Source of the DNA: an uncultured Gemmatimonadales bacterium
Lineage (GTDB): Bacteria; Gemmatimonadota; Gemmatimonadetes; Longimicrobiales; RSA9
Assembly (NCBI GenBank): GCA_963798085.1
Contig: CAWCRS010000010.1
Span: forward strand, 32,001 to 96,000
Direction: 5' to 3'
DNA length: 64,000 bases
Shown: positions 30,597 through 42,346 of the stretch, piece after piece
Layout: each line of letters starts with the position of its first letter
Numbering within the stretch: the stretch's first letter is position 1
Notes under the pieces: model-generated
What the model was told of the DNA's origin: nothing
What the model saw: the letters and a program-made list of their open reading frames with translations, nothing else
The model's database searches: none
Made by a program: the position numbers and the translations under genes

Positions 30597-33203
30597 GAGC
30601 CGGGATCGACGCGCTTCAGCACATCCGTGGATGCAGTGCCCACGGGTGTGCCGCTCACCATGATCTCGGACTCGCGATCGCGCAGGTACAGCGTCTGGAT
30701 GTTGCGCAGGATCGCGCGCACGGACTGCAGGTGGCCACCGCCGAACTCGGGCTTCTTGCGGTACGCGGCGAAACCATACCGTGAGTCCGTGACGGTGACG
30801 TTCTCCAGCGTCGCCACGGACAGGTCCTTGGCGGCCACACCCACATTGACGTGATGGAACTCGGAACGCGCGATCATGGCGCGCGAGTTCTCGCCCACAC
30901 TGACGCCCTTGTCACCGGCACTGTCCACGCGCACGCCGGTAACGTGCACCACGGTGCCCGACACGTCAATGGCGTCATTGCCGATGTGCATGAAGTGCGT
31001 GTCCGTGACCGTGCCCTCGCCGAAGTCGACGTCGAAGGCGTCACTCGTGGTGCGTGCGAACGTGGAGCGCTCGATGTGGAACGGGCTGCGCACGGCATTG
31101 AGCGCGTCTTCCGAGCGATTGCCTTCGAAGGTGCTGGCGTGGACCTCCAGCGGCGACTGATAGAACGTGACCGCGCCCGAGAGCGTCCAGCCCTGCTCGG
31201 ATGGATTGCTCAGGTTGCGGAAGACGACGTGCTCGAGCAGCGAGCGGTCGCCTGCATTGAGCACCACGACACCCCGGCCGCTGGAGTCGGGCGCGTCAAT
31301 CAGCACGGGATCGTTTTCCTCGCCCGTGAAATCGAGCGGCGACCAGGAGATGATGCTGGCGCCATGCGTGAGATGCAGGTGTACGCCGGGTCCGGCATGA
31401 ATGCGGTAGCCGGCGGGAAAGATCAGGTCCTCGTGCAGCGTCCAGTTGCCCGGCTCGAGCGCCATGACGTGCTGCTTCTCATCCACGTGCACGAACGGGA
31501 AGCTGGCCGCATTCGGCGGAGCGCGCGGCGGATCCATTACCATGGCCGCGGCGCCCGTGGGTCGTGGCTCGGTGAATACGCTGTCCTCCAGCTCCGCGTG
31601 CGTGCCCACGACCACAGTGGCAACGTGGATGCTCTGCGCGACCGTGTCCGACCAGTGCACGCCGGCGGGCAGTGGCACGCGCAGACGGACGTACTGCACC
31701 AGTGACGAATCGGAGCGACCACTGAGCGGCAGCGGGTGATCCAGGCTGACAGTCTGTTGGGCAATGCGCACACCGGTCACCTGGACGGGCAGCGCCTGGA
31801 TGTTGCCCACATCGAGAATGCACCGTGTCGCCGTGCTCGCCCGTCACGTATGCGTGCACACGCTTCACCGGGAACAGCATGCGGTGGAGGTAGTCTGCGT
31901 TGTTGAGCAGCACGCTGCGGCTGAAGTCGACTTCCGGGTTGCTGCGCCGGATTATTTCCAGGCGCCGATCAATGTCGGGAGCGAGCGAGTCCAGCAGGCT
32001 CGCCATCCAGGCGCGCTTCGAGACGCGCTCAATGGAGGTGAGATAGGAGCGTTGCACGGCAGTGTCGCTGAACAGCAGCTCCCAGAAGCGCGCGTCGTAC
32101 CAGGACGCCTGCGGATCGAGGCGTGCGTTCTGCGCCAGCGTCAGGGCAATGCGCGTCAGGCGGTCGCCGCCATCCGCATCGAAGCCGATGGGCTCGAGGC
32201 GGGTGGTGATGGGATTGTAGTAGAACCGGATGTTGCGCCAGTTGGCGCCGTGCTCGCTGCCCATCAGCTCGTTGATGGCGACGAAGCGACCCAGCGCATC
32301 CACATCGAAGGTCTGCGTGGCGTTGAGGCGACCGTCGCGGAAACCCTCCAGCAGGTTCACGGCCTTCAGGTACAGCGGCAGGAATGTCGAGTCCTCGAGG
32401 TAGCGTCCGGTCTCGAAGGCATCGACGTCGCTCGACAGGAACGAGCCGGAGCCCGCGCGCTGCTCGACGCCCGCCATGCTGACATCGTGATGGTGCAGCA
32501 GCTCGGCCCAGGAAAGGTCCTCGTTGAAGCGGACAATGGGCCCTTCCCGCCGGCGATTGCCTTCGACCAGTCGCTTCTCGAAGTGCTCCTCGATGGCGTA
32601 TGTCCCCAGGTCGCGGCCGTTCACGGTCACGTCAATGAAATCGTAGCGCAGGCCGATCAGGCCCTCCCGCCGGAGCGTCTGGTGGTAGATCCACTCGTAC
32701 AGGTAGTTGCGCGTCTTGGGATGCTGCAGCGAAAACTGCTTCATGCCGAACAGCGTCTGCTCGCCGCGCACCACCACGCGCAGCGACCAGCGGTCCGTGT
32801 TCCAGTGATCGCTGAGATCGCCCTTGAGCCGCAGCTTCACCTTCAGGATCTGGTCGCCGTGGCGGATGGTGGCGGGCACGAAGTCGGCATCCGAGGAGAT
32901 CAGCACGCCGGCGGCCAGAGCTTCCTGCCGCCGCGCCGCGATCTTCAGGTAATCCTCGTGCTTGATGTCAATGGTGATATGGTCGGGCTCGACCATGTGC
33001 GCGCGTATGGAGCGCGTCGTGTAGCGCAGCCGATCGTGGGCCCAGCGCACGCCGTTCTGCAGGAGGTGCGAGCGGTACACCAGTGCGCCCGCCACGAGCA
33101 ACAACAGCGTGTAAGCCAGAACGGAGGCCAGGCGCCGGTCAGAGAGGACGCGCTGCCCCGCGCTGCGCAGCCGCGGAATCGGATCGGGTGACTTGATCTC
33201 CAT
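30593..33203 (-). CDS. CotH-family kinase fused to a C-terminal right-handed beta-helix; frameshift at ~31818
   Basis: N-terminal TM anchor, KLRLKGD, YAIEEHF and H..NWRNIRFYYNP...EPIGFD, then beta-helix repeats EDALN, SDAFDVDF, NDAIDVSG and DKGVSVGE. Confidence 0.85.
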
Positions 33204-33886
33204 CAGATCTGCGTCGAGCTGTCGAGGAACGAAAGGCGCATGCGTCCGTTCAGCTGCTGCAGCTCGGCGCGGCTTTCTTCCACCGCCTGATAGCGGGGGA
33301 ACTCGACCTGGAACGTGGCTTCCACCATGTCGGGTGTGCTGTCGAAGCGCGCCAGATTGAGCGATGTCGCGTGCCGCTCGAGCACCTGCACAATGCGGCT
33401 CAGGTCGCCGCCATCGGGCTGACCGCTGGCCACCGTGAGCCAGAGATTGGCGCGTCGCTCACGGCCCAGGTAATAACGCGAGATTACCAGGACCAGCGTG
33501 ATCAGCAGGATGGCCACCACCGTGATGGCGCGCTGCCCGGCGCCGCAGCCCAGACCAATGGCAATGGTGAGGAACAGGTAGGCCAGCTCTTCCGGATCCT
33601 TGATCGCCGTGCGGAAGCGCACAATGGAGAGCGCGCCCACCAGACCCAGTGACAGGGCCAGTGACGACTTCACCACGGTGATCACCAGCGTGGTGGTCAG
33701 CGCGATGAACAGGAAGTTGCGTGCGAATACCCGCCGGTTCGATACCGAGGTGCCGAAGCGGACGTAGACGGCGGCCACGATGAGCGCCAGCGTCGCCGCC
33801 AGTCCGAGATTGATCAGAAAGTCGAGGATGGCCACCTCGGCGTTCTGCGTGGTGAGCAGCGTCTGGATATTCTGGCCCTGAATCAT
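33203..33886 (-). CDS. DUF4956 (MgtC/SapB-like) membrane protein
   Basis: SLALSLGLVGALSIVRFRTAIKDPEELAYLF. Its stop overlaps the CotH ATG (TGATG). Confidence 0.9.
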   Translation of the reverse strand: MIQGQNIQTLLTTQNAEVAILDFLINLGLAATLALIVAAVYVRFGTSVSNRRVFARNFLFIALTTTLVITVVKSSLALSLGLVGALSIVRFRTAIKDPEELAYLFLTIAIGLGCGAGQRAITVVAILLITLVLVISRYYLGRERRANLWLTVASGQPDGGDLSRIVQVLERHATSLNLARFDSTPDMVEATFQVEFPRYQAVEESRAELQQLNGRMRLSFLDSSTQI

Positions 33887-33904
33887 GAGCACCTCGGTTC
33901 GAAT

Positions 33905-35131
33905 TCAGACATCCCGGGAAGCGCGCGCGAATCGGGCGCCGCCCGCTACGCCGGCAGCGAAACAGAGCACCGCGATGAGCGCGATGCCGAAGAGCCGCCG
34001 CCGCCCGCCCGCCACTGCGAGCAGGCGTGTCAGCGAGCCCGTCCGCTGGTTCCGGCTCGCGCTGTCCGGTGTGGTCACCCGACGGAAAGTCTCGGGCAGA
34101 AACTCGTTGGAAGTGAGCGCGGCCACGGTGCGCACATCGTAGTCCACGTGCGTGCCGCTCACACGCACCAGCAGGAACGTGGGGAATTCCGCATAGCGAT
34201 GCCCGTTCTCGCGCCGCTCGCGCAGCTCGGATGCCGTGTGCGGATACTCGAAGTTCGACTGCAAATACTCAATGCCGTCGCGCGTCGTGTGCGAGAACGT
34301 GCCGATCGGGCCGCGATCGCCAGCAAACACCGCACGTACGTTGTGTCCCACGAGCAGCGGGTGCTCCGTGCGCCACCAGGGCGCATTCGCCTTCCACCAC
34401 AGCTGATGGTGCATCAGCACGAACACATTGCGCGGAGCGGGCGCGCGCGTCACTTCCTGGCGCAGGAACTCGATCTCCGCGGGGTCATCAATACTGTCAC
34501 GAACCGCGATCGCCGAACGCCGCGGCGGCATGGGCGCATTGCCCTGCGGCACGAACACGGTGCTGAGCAGGAGGAAGCGCGTACCGCGGAAGTCGATCGA
34601 CTGCGGCAGCCGGCCGTAGCGCTCGAACCGAATGTCGCGGGTGACGGGATCGTGCAGGTCGTGATTGCCGGGAACGCGATAGATGGGCGCGCCCACAGTG
34701 GCGAGTGCGCTGTCCAGTGCGGCCCAGTCGTGCCGGATGATGGCGGGATCCGCCATCGAATCGATCTGGTTGCCGGCAATCAGATCGCCGCCCAGGAAGA
34801 TCAGGTCGGGCCGGATCTCGCGCAGCCGCGCAACCAACTCCGTGAGGCGGGGATTGAGCGCACCATCCTCGGCGCCACGCACGTGCCCGATGACCACGAA
34901 CGAGAACACACTGTCATTGCGCTGCGCGTGAAGCGGAGAGGACAGCACGGCGGCGAGAAACAGAGTGGACAAAGCCGCGGCGAACGTGCCGTGAAATGCG
35001 CGAGGACCGGCGCGGGTCCGATCGGGCGCGCGCCGCGAGCGCTGGACTCCGGATCGGCGGAGCGAGCGACCGGCGCTGCTGTCTACAGCATTGTTTGGCA
35101 AATGCAGAGCACCATCCTTCGTGGCCGACAC
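33905..35131 (-). CDS. Exported, membrane-anchored calcineurin-like metallophosphoesterase (variant motifs); start uncertain
   Basis: GGDL, GNHD and MHH, with GH and AGD in place of DxH and GHxH. Signal-like segment ending LHAQ and a C-terminal TM helix. Confidence 0.75.
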   Translation of the reverse strand: MSATKDGALHLPNNAVDSSAGRSLRRSGVQRSRRAPDRTRAGPRAFHGTFAAALSTLFLAAVLSSPLHAQRNDSVFSFVVIGHVRGAEDGALNPRLTELVARLREIRPDLIFLGGDLIAGNQIDSMADPAIIRHDWAALDSALATVGAPIYRVPGNHDLHDPVTRDIRFERYGRLPQSIDFRGTRFLLLSTVFVPQGNAPMPPRRSAIAVRDSIDDPAEIEFLRQEVTRAPAPRNVFVLMHHQLWWKANAPWWRTEHPLLVGHNVRAVFAGDRGPIGTFSHTTRDGIEYLQSNFEYPHTASELRERRENGHRYAEFPTFLLVRVSGTHVDYDVRTVAALTSNEFLPETFRRVTTPDSASRNQRTGSLTRLLAVAGGRRRLFGIALIAVLCFAAGVAGGARFARASRDV

Positions 35132-35455
35132 CGGCACAACCTCTACCGGTGGATTTCTCCCGGCCTTACCCCAGCCCGCTGTTCGCGCAGCGGCGTGGCC
35201 CGGCAGCGGGCCGCAGCGCCCGTCAGGGCAAGCAGCGTGCCCTGCGCAGATCCGGAAAACCGCAGGGACATGCCGGATTCCGCGCACAACCGCGCCTGCA
35301 CTGCTCGTGACTTGTTGCCGGGGGATGCCGTCAGTGTAACGTGGTTGCCACGTACGGGGCGAGTATCCCGTTGCGAAACCGCAACACCGCCAGAGCCAAC
35401 GAGATTCGCGCGCAGGCAGTCAGGCCGCGATGGGGCGCGGCCCGGCGCATTGCGG

Positions 35456-36748
35456 TCAGTGCGCGCTTCCGGCCGCTTCCGCGACCTGCACGTTCACGCC
35501 CTGCAGCTCCAGCTCGCTCATGGGCTGCCACAGCTGGAAGATCGGGAAGCGACGCACGAACCAGCTGATGGACGCGACGAGCAATCCGCCGAACAGCAGC
35601 AGCGGTCCCAGCTCCGGCCAGCCGAGCGGCAGGTCCGCCGCGCCCATGTGGAGCGACGGATAGACCAGCATGTAGCGCTCGAACCAGAGGCCGGTGAGGA
35701 TGATGCCGCCGAACATCGTGAGGACGCGCGGCGTGCGCTTCGGTGTGGCGCCCAGCAGCCCGAAGAACGGCACCACGAAGATCAATGTGAACACCAGCTT
35801 CGCGATGATGCCGAACGGGGCGAGGAAGCGGTGGATCACGAAGCTCTGCTCGCCGGGCAGCAGACCGTACCAGATGACAATGTACTGCGAGAAGAAGAGG
35901 TAACCCCAGAAGATCACGAAACCGAACGTGAGCTTCCCCAGGTCGTGATACTGCGATATCGACACCGCATCGGGCATCCCCAGCTTGCGCGTGATCAGCA
36001 GTGTGGCAATGCCGGTCGCAGCCAGGCCACCCAGCAGGCCGGCCATGAAGTAGTACGGACCGATCAGGGTGCTGAACCAGTGCGCTTCGAGGGACATGAC
36101 GAAGTCCCACGCCACGATACTGAAGGCCGCGGCCCACACCAGTGCAATGGCGGGCGCCAGCTTTGCCAGGCGACGATGCGCCAGAGCCTCTTCCGCTTCC
36201 TGTCCTCGCCAGCCGCGTGTCATGGATTCGTAGACGGCGGCCAGCCTGCCGCTCACCTGATTGCGCACCAGCCCGATGTCCGGGCGCAGCGCCCACCACG
36301 CGAACAGCAGTGACATCTGACAGAGCACGGCCAGCAGCACCACGTTGCGCACCACGAGGAACGGCAGATTGAGATACGCCTTCGGGCTCGCGTTGGGATC
36401 GCCCAGCCAGGGGAATATGTGCGAAGCGCCGAAGAACAGCGGAATCACGCCCAGGAACGCGAAAGGCAGGAATGCCGAGAAGCTGAGCGCGATGCGGCGC
36501 AGACGGCGCGACCACGCGCCGCGCGTGATCGTCACCATCACCGCCACCATCATCGCGCCCTGCGAGATGCTCAGGAAGTAGAGCCAGTTGAACAGGTACG
36601 CGTGCCAGGCGCGGTCCGTGTCCGTGAAGAGGGCGGCCACGAAGAGGCCGAGACCGATGAGGATCAGCGCAATCGCCGTGGCGTTGGCCTTCGGCGTGGC
36701 GTCGAAGCGCGCGATGGGCGTGTCGTTCTCGTGGGCTGCGTGCGCCAT
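35456..36748 (-). CDS. actF: Alternative complex III subunit F (NrfD-like membrane protein)
   Basis: DFVMSLEAHWFST, HDLGKL and YLFFSQYIVIWY. Last gene of the act operon. Confidence 0.88.
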   Translation of the reverse strand: MAHAAHENDTPIARFDATPKANATAIALILIGLGLFVAALFTDTDRAWHAYLFNWLYFLSISQGAMMVAVMVTITRGAWSRRLRRIALSFSAFLPFAFLGVIPLFFGASHIFPWLGDPNASPKAYLNLPFLVVRNVVLLAVLCQMSLLFAWWALRPDIGLVRNQVSGRLAAVYESMTRGWRGQEAEEALAHRRLAKLAPAIALVWAAAFSIVAWDFVMSLEAHWFSTLIGPYYFMAGLLGGLAATGIATLLITRKLGMPDAVSISQYHDLGKLTFGFVIFWGYLFFSQYIVIWYGLLPGEQSFVIHRFLAPFGIIAKLVFTLIFVVPFFGLLGATPKRTPRVLTMFGGIILTGLWFERYMLVYPSLHMGAADLPLGWPELGPLLLFGGLLVASISWFVRRFPIFQLWQPMSELELQGVNVQVAEAAGSAH

Positions 36749-36751
36749 GCC

Positions 36752-37351
36752 TCAGTTCCCTCCGGTCCTGCCGGTCGCGGCCGGCGCGACGCCCTGCAGT
36801 GTGCGCAGATAACTGACGATTGCCCAGCGCTCGCGGAACGTGGTGCGCGGGCCATACGGCGGCATGATGCCGCTGCGCGCCACGGTGATCATGCCGTACA
36901 GATAGCCGTCGGGTCGCTCCACGGTCAGCGGCAGCGTCAGGTTGGCCGCGACGGGCGGATACTTCAGCTCCTTGGGGTCCTTCTGCACGATGGGGCCATC
37001 GCCGTGGCCGGTCACGCCGTGGCAGGGCAGACAGTTGCGCTCGTACATCTTGCGACCGAGAGCGAGAAAGCTGGAATCCACCGTGAACGGGTTGCGCCCG
37101 TGCGGGCCCGTGGCGAAAGCACGCAGGCCGGCATCCAATGGCTCGATCGCGGGCATCACGCTGCCGGCCGGCGACTCGTAGGGCACTGCGCCCGGCGGCG
37201 CCGGCCGCGTGGCCTCGTAGGGATCGAACGAGGGCGCGCTCTGCATGTACGACAGGAACGGGATCTTGCGCAGCGCATACTCAATGCGCGTACAGCTGCT
37301 GCCCGCCACGGCGAGCAGCGCGACCGCGATCAGCCTCGCCTCACGACGCAC
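36752..37351 (-). CDS. actE: Alternative complex III subunit E, monoheme cytochrome c lipoprotein
   Basis: Lipobox-like GSSC, CLPCH, IMPPYG and RWAIVSY. Confidence 0.88.
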   Translation of the reverse strand: MRREARLIAVALLAVAGSSCTRIEYALRKIPFLSYMQSAPSFDPYEATRPAPPGAVPYESPAGSVMPAIEPLDAGLRAFATGPHGRNPFTVDSSFLALGRKMYERNCLPCHGVTGHGDGPIVQKDPKELKYPPVAANLTLPLTVERPDGYLYGMITVARSGIMPPYGPRTTFRERWAIVSYLRTLQGVAPAATGRTGGN

Positions 37352-37871
37352 CGGCCACCTCCCGGCTCTGCTCGCGGATCTCAATGGCGCCCGCATCACG
37401 CAGGATGCTGCGCACTTCCGCGGCGCGCGCCGCGGGCGGCTCGACGTAGATCCCGTAGTGGTCGGAGGAGAAGCTGGCGTCGTAGACCACCAGCGGCTTG
37501 CGATAGGGCCAGTGGTTCAGGATGAACAGGCCCAGCACGGTGGACAGCGCGCCGAACAGCACGGTCAGCTCGAACGCAATGATCACCCACGCCGGCAGCG
37601 AGATGGTGGGCTTGCCACCTGTTATCAGCGGCCAGTCCAGCGAAGTCCACGTGGGCAGCGCGAAACCGGTGGCAGTGCCGGTCAGGCCGCCCACGAGCGT
37701 GAAAACGCGAACCGAGCTGTTAGGCTGGTGCAGCGCGTGCTCGAGATTGTGATCCGGCGCCGGCGAATAGACCGTCAGCCGCTTGTGACCCGCCTCGCGC
37801 AGACTGTCGATGGCGTCCACGGTCGCGTCCGCCGCATCGAAGACGGCCAGCATGCCCCCGGGTGTGTTCAT
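37341..37871 (-). CDS. actD: Alternative complex III subunit D (DUF3341)
   Basis: [13 protein letters not shown] and [12 protein letters not shown] at 37871 overlaps the actC stop. Confidence 0.88.
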   Translation of the reverse strand: MNTPGGMLAVFDAADATVDAIDSLREAGHKRLTVYSPAPDHNLEHALHQPNSSVRVFTLVGGLTGTATGFALPTWTSLDWPLITGGKPTISLPAWVIIAFELTVLFGALSTVLGLFILNHWPYRKPLVVYDASFSSDHYGIYVEPPAARAAEVRSILRDAGAIEIREQSREVAGAS

Positions 37872-39257
37872 TGCGCGGGCTCCTTCAGCGCGGCGGTCTT
37901 CCTGCGCCCCAGCCGCAACGGCGCGGGCAGCACTTCCTTCAGCTCCGCCACCGACACCGCCGGCAGCACCCGCAGGAACAGCAGGAACCACATGAAGAAC
38001 CAGGCGAAGCTCGCGGCCAGCACCGACATCTCGACCCATGTGGGCCGGTACGTGCGCCACTGCCATGGCTCGTATTCGTGCGACAGGCTGGTCACAATGA
38101 TCACGAAGCGCTCGAACCACATGCCAATGTTGATGAACAGCGTGATCACGAAGAGCGCGGGAATGCTGGTGCGCACCTTCTTCGACCAGAGCAGCAGGGG
38201 CACCACCATGTTGCAGAAGAGCATGATGCCGGTGGCCCACCAGTAGTTGAAGCGAATGGCGCCCGTGATGTACTGACCCTCCCAGTGCGCCGGCTCGCCG
38301 CTGTACCAGGTCAGGAATACCTCGGCGAGGTAGGCGTATCCCACGATCAGGCCCGTGAGCAGGATCATCTTGGCCATGGCATCGAAGTGCTTGGCCGTGA
38401 AGTACTGCTCGAGGCCGAAGATCTTGCGCAGCGGAATCACGATGGTGATGACCATCGCCAGACCGCTGAAGATGGCGCCGGCCACGAAGTACGGTGCGAA
38501 GATCGTGGAGTGCCAGCCGGGCACGATCGGAGACGGCGAAGTCCCAGGACACGACGGAGTGCACCGACAGCACCAGCGGTGTGGCGAACGCAGCGAGGTA
38601 GAGGTAGGCCTTGTTGAAGTGGCGCCACTCGTTGTTGGTGCCTCGCCAGCCGAAGGACAACACGCGGTAGAGCTTCTTGCGCCAGGGTACCGTGGTCGCG
38701 TCGCGGGCGGCCGCGACATCCGGGATCATGCCGATGAAGAAGAACGTGGCGCTGACGGTGAAGTATGTGCCCACCGCGAACACGTCCCAGAGCAGCGGCC
38801 CGCGGAAGTTGGGCCAGATGTAGCGCTGGTTCGGGTACGGCAGGAGGAAATAGAAGACCCAGGGGCGGCCCAGGTGGATGATGGGGAAGAGGCCCGCCGT
38901 CATCACGGCGAACACGGTCATGGCCTCGGCCACCCGGTAGATGGACTGCCTCCAGCGCGCGCGGAACAGGTAGAGGATCGCCGAGATCAGCGTGCCCGAG
39001 TGTGCAATGCCCACCCAGAACACGAAGCTGGTGATGTCGACGCCCCAGCCCTCCGGGTTCGTGAGTCCCCAGACACCGATGCCGACGACGACTTCGAGCA
39101 GGAACGCGAAGATGCCCCATGCCAGCACCGTCAGCACGCAGGCCAGCAGTATGAAGTACCCGCGGCCCGGCTTGCTCAGGAGCTTGAGCACATCGCGATT
39201 GACTTCGCCGTACTTCTCGATCCCCGGGTGTGTCTCGGAACGCAGCACAGTCGCCAT
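37868..39257 (-). CDS. actC: Alternative complex III subunit C (NrfD/PsrC quinol-binding); frameshift at ~38531
   Basis: [44 protein letters not shown] and GMWFERF. Confidence 0.92.
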
Positions 39258-39262
39258 ATCGA

Positions 39263-42200
39263 TCAGGCCTCCGAGCCCACGATCTTGCGCAGGTACGTGA
39301 CGGCCGATTGCGTGTTCAGGTCCTCGAAGACGCGATAGCCGCGGCCGGAATTGGCGGCGTGCGCGACGCGCGAGTTGCGGTCGCGAATGTTGCCGAACAC
39401 GATGGCGTCACCGGGACAGGTCTGGGCGCACGCCGGCACGATCTCGCCGTCGCTGACACCGCGGTTATCGAGGCGGGCCTGGTTCTCGGCATCGCGGATG
39501 CGCTGCACGCAGAACGTGCACTTCTCCATTACGCCCTTCTCGCGCACCGTGACATCGGGATTCAGCTGCCAGTTGAGCGGCTCCGGCCAGGAATAGGTGA
39601 ACCAGTTGAAGTAGCGCACCTTGTACGGGCAGTTGTTGGCGCAGTAGCGCGTGCCCACGCAGCGGTTGTAGACCTGCGCGTTGAGCCCGTCCGGCGTGTG
39701 ATACGAGGCGAACACCGGACACACGGGCTCGCACGGAGCGTTGCCGCACTGCTGGCACAGCATGGGCAGGAAGTGCGTGCGCAGGACGCCGTCCTCGGTC
39801 TCCATGTAGCGTTCCAGACGGATCCACTGCAGCGCGCGGCCCTTGGCCACCATCTCCGGACCCACCATGCCGATGTTGTTCTCGGCATAACACGCTGTTA
39901 CACAGGCACTGCAGCCGGTGCAGCGCTCCAGGTCGATGACCATGGCCCAGCGCGGGCGGTCCTTCGAGTATTCGCCATAGAACGTGCCGGGCGGCGGATA
40001 GCCGGCCGGCGATGCATCCATTTCCGCGGGGCGGAAGCCGCCCGCGTCCTGCAGCTCGGTGACCCGTGCATCCAGCGGGTGCACGTTCTCTTCGCCGCCC
40101 GCCGGCGCTGCGGCTGCAGGCGGGCGCTCGGCAACGCCGGCACCGGTGATGACGGCGAGTCCGCGCTTCGTGTCCTCGGCGCGCGCTTCCGTGATGGACC
40201 AGGCGCGGGCCACTTCGCGGCCGGCCTGATCCTCCTGCACGTTGGTCTTGATGGGGCGCTCGTATTCGCCCGTGGCGCGCACCGCGACGCGCGATTGCTG
40301 CCAGACCAGCGCGCCGGACACGCCCTCCACCGTGGCGTCCAGCAGGCGCACCGCGTTGACGCCGCGGCCCGTTGCGTAGGCGCCGAAGCCTTCGTGCCCC
40401 TGCCCCAGCTGGATCGCGATGATGTCCTGGCGCATGGCGGGATTGCGCCACGCGGGCGCGCGCACGCTGCCAGCGCTGGTCGTGACTTCCAGGATGTGGC
40501 CGGTGTCCACGCCCATCGTGTCGGCGACATCAGGATGGACCTCGATCCACGACGACCAGCAGAACTTGCTGATGGGATCGGCCAGCTCCTGCAGCCACGG
40601 CCGGTTGGCCATGCGCCCGTCGAAGTACTTGTAGGACGGGTAGACGAGCAGGTACGGATTGCTGTTGTCGCCGGTGTAGGAAGCGGCCGCGAAGTTGATC
40701 TGCGCGAGTCCGCCCGCAGCTCAACGGCGGAGTCGACGACGCGGCTGCAGGTGCGGTCACGAACCCGACCTGCAGCGTCGCCATCCACCATTCCTCGAAC
40801 GGCTGACCGCCACCTGCGGACGGGTACACCTCGCGCTGCCAGAGCGCGCGCAGGTAGTCGTAGAAGGTCGCCGCCTGTGTGGACAGCGTGGCGCCTGCGC
40901 GCTTCGCGGTGGCGAGCAGCACATCACCGATCTGCTTGCTGTTGAACGCGGGTGTCATCACCGGCTGCACCAGCGACAGTCACGCCCGTGCGCGGCACCA
41001 CATCGCCCCATGACTCGAGGAAGTGGTGGTCGGGCAGCAGCAGGTGCGCGTGCTCGCTGGTGTCGTCCGGATAGGGCGAGAAGCTGGCAATGAACGGCAC
41101 CTTGCCCAGCGCGGCGGCAACGTTGTCGGCAGTGGGCAGCGCGTACAGCGGATTCGGCCCGTACACGAGCAGTGCGCCCACCTGCCCCGCATTCATGCGG
41201 GCCAGCAGCGCCTTCATGTCGGCGTAGGAGCCGGTGGTGGTGCCCCATCGTTCGCGGCGATCCAGGCGCACGGTACGGCCAATGTTGCCGGCCACGCTGT
41301 TGAGCACGGCCACGCTGGCCGCGACCGCAGTGGCGGCGCCGTGCATGGAGGCGATGCCCGGACCGACAGCAAGGGACTGGCCGCCATTGGCGAACTCACG
41401 GGCCAGCGCGCGCAGCCGGTCCGACGAAATGCCGGCCGCCTGCGCATTGGCCTCGACATCGACAGTGCCCAGCAACTGCGCGGCGCCACCCGCACTCGCG
41501 CCGCCATCCACGATCAGGCGGGCCATGGCCAGCGCGACGAGGTGCTCGGTCCCGGGGCGCACGGCCAGCCACTCGTCGGCGTTCATGTCGGTGAGCGACT
41601 GGTGCGGCGATATCGAGACCAGCCGGCCGCGCGTGCCACGGTCGTAGGCGTGGCTCTGCACGAAGCCGTGCATGTAATCGACGGGCGAGAGCCAGGTCTC
41701 GAGGAAGTCGGCCCCGAACGTCAGCACCACATTCGCGTGCTGGAAGTCGTGCACCGGATACGCATCGATGCCGAAGAGCAGACGGTACGCGGTGCGCACG
41801 GGCTCGAGCGCAAACGGTTCGAAGCGCACGCGGTCCACACCCAGCGCCTTGCACCAGTCGTCGATCAGCGCGTCCAGCGAGCCGTTCATGCCTTCCGTGA
41901 GGAAGACCGCCTTGCCGCGATTCTGGGCCAGGGCCTCGGTAAGCCGCTGTTCGGCGGCGTCCCAGGTCAGCGCTTCCAGTCCGTTCGCGCCGCGCGCCAG
42001 CGCCTGCGGCACTCGGTCCGGGTTGTACAGCCCGTGCAGCGACGCCTGGCCGCGCGCGCACAGTTTGCCGTGGGAAACGGGCGAGAGCGGGTTGCCCTCC
42101 GCCTTGATGGCGCGACCTTCGCGGGTGCGAACGTCCATGCCGCACCCGGCGGGGCACTCGCGGCAGGTGGTGCGGTACCACGTCGAGATTCCCGGGACGA

Positions 42201-42330
42201 TCTGGTCATCGGGGATCACATACGGAATCAGCTTCTCGGCCGAGCCCCTGGCGCAGCCGGCGAGGCTGGCGCCGGCGCCGGTTACGCCGAGAACCTTGAG
42301 GAACTGTCGTCGCTCGAGAGCGTTGGCCAT
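39263..42330 (-). CDS. actB: Alternative complex III subunit B (molybdopterin-oxidoreductase-like + Fe-S domain); frameshifts at ~40978 and ~40730
   Basis: Tat signal [14 protein letters not shown]...[28 protein letters not shown] and EKCTFC. Confidence 0.9.
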
Positions 42331-42346
42331 GAATTCGCTCCGGCCC

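Noticed and set aside
34148..36313. 721-aa plus-strand ORF and other long antisense ORFs (e.g. 15161-16738, 49960-51546, 51590-53200)
   Set aside because: These are shadow ORFs opposite well-supported genes, expected at this GC content, and carry no motifs.
37341..39257. Apparent 638-aa ActC-ActD fusion ORF
   Set aside because: It is an artefact of the ~38531 frameshift. The intervening translation is nonsense and actD has its own ATG at 37871.
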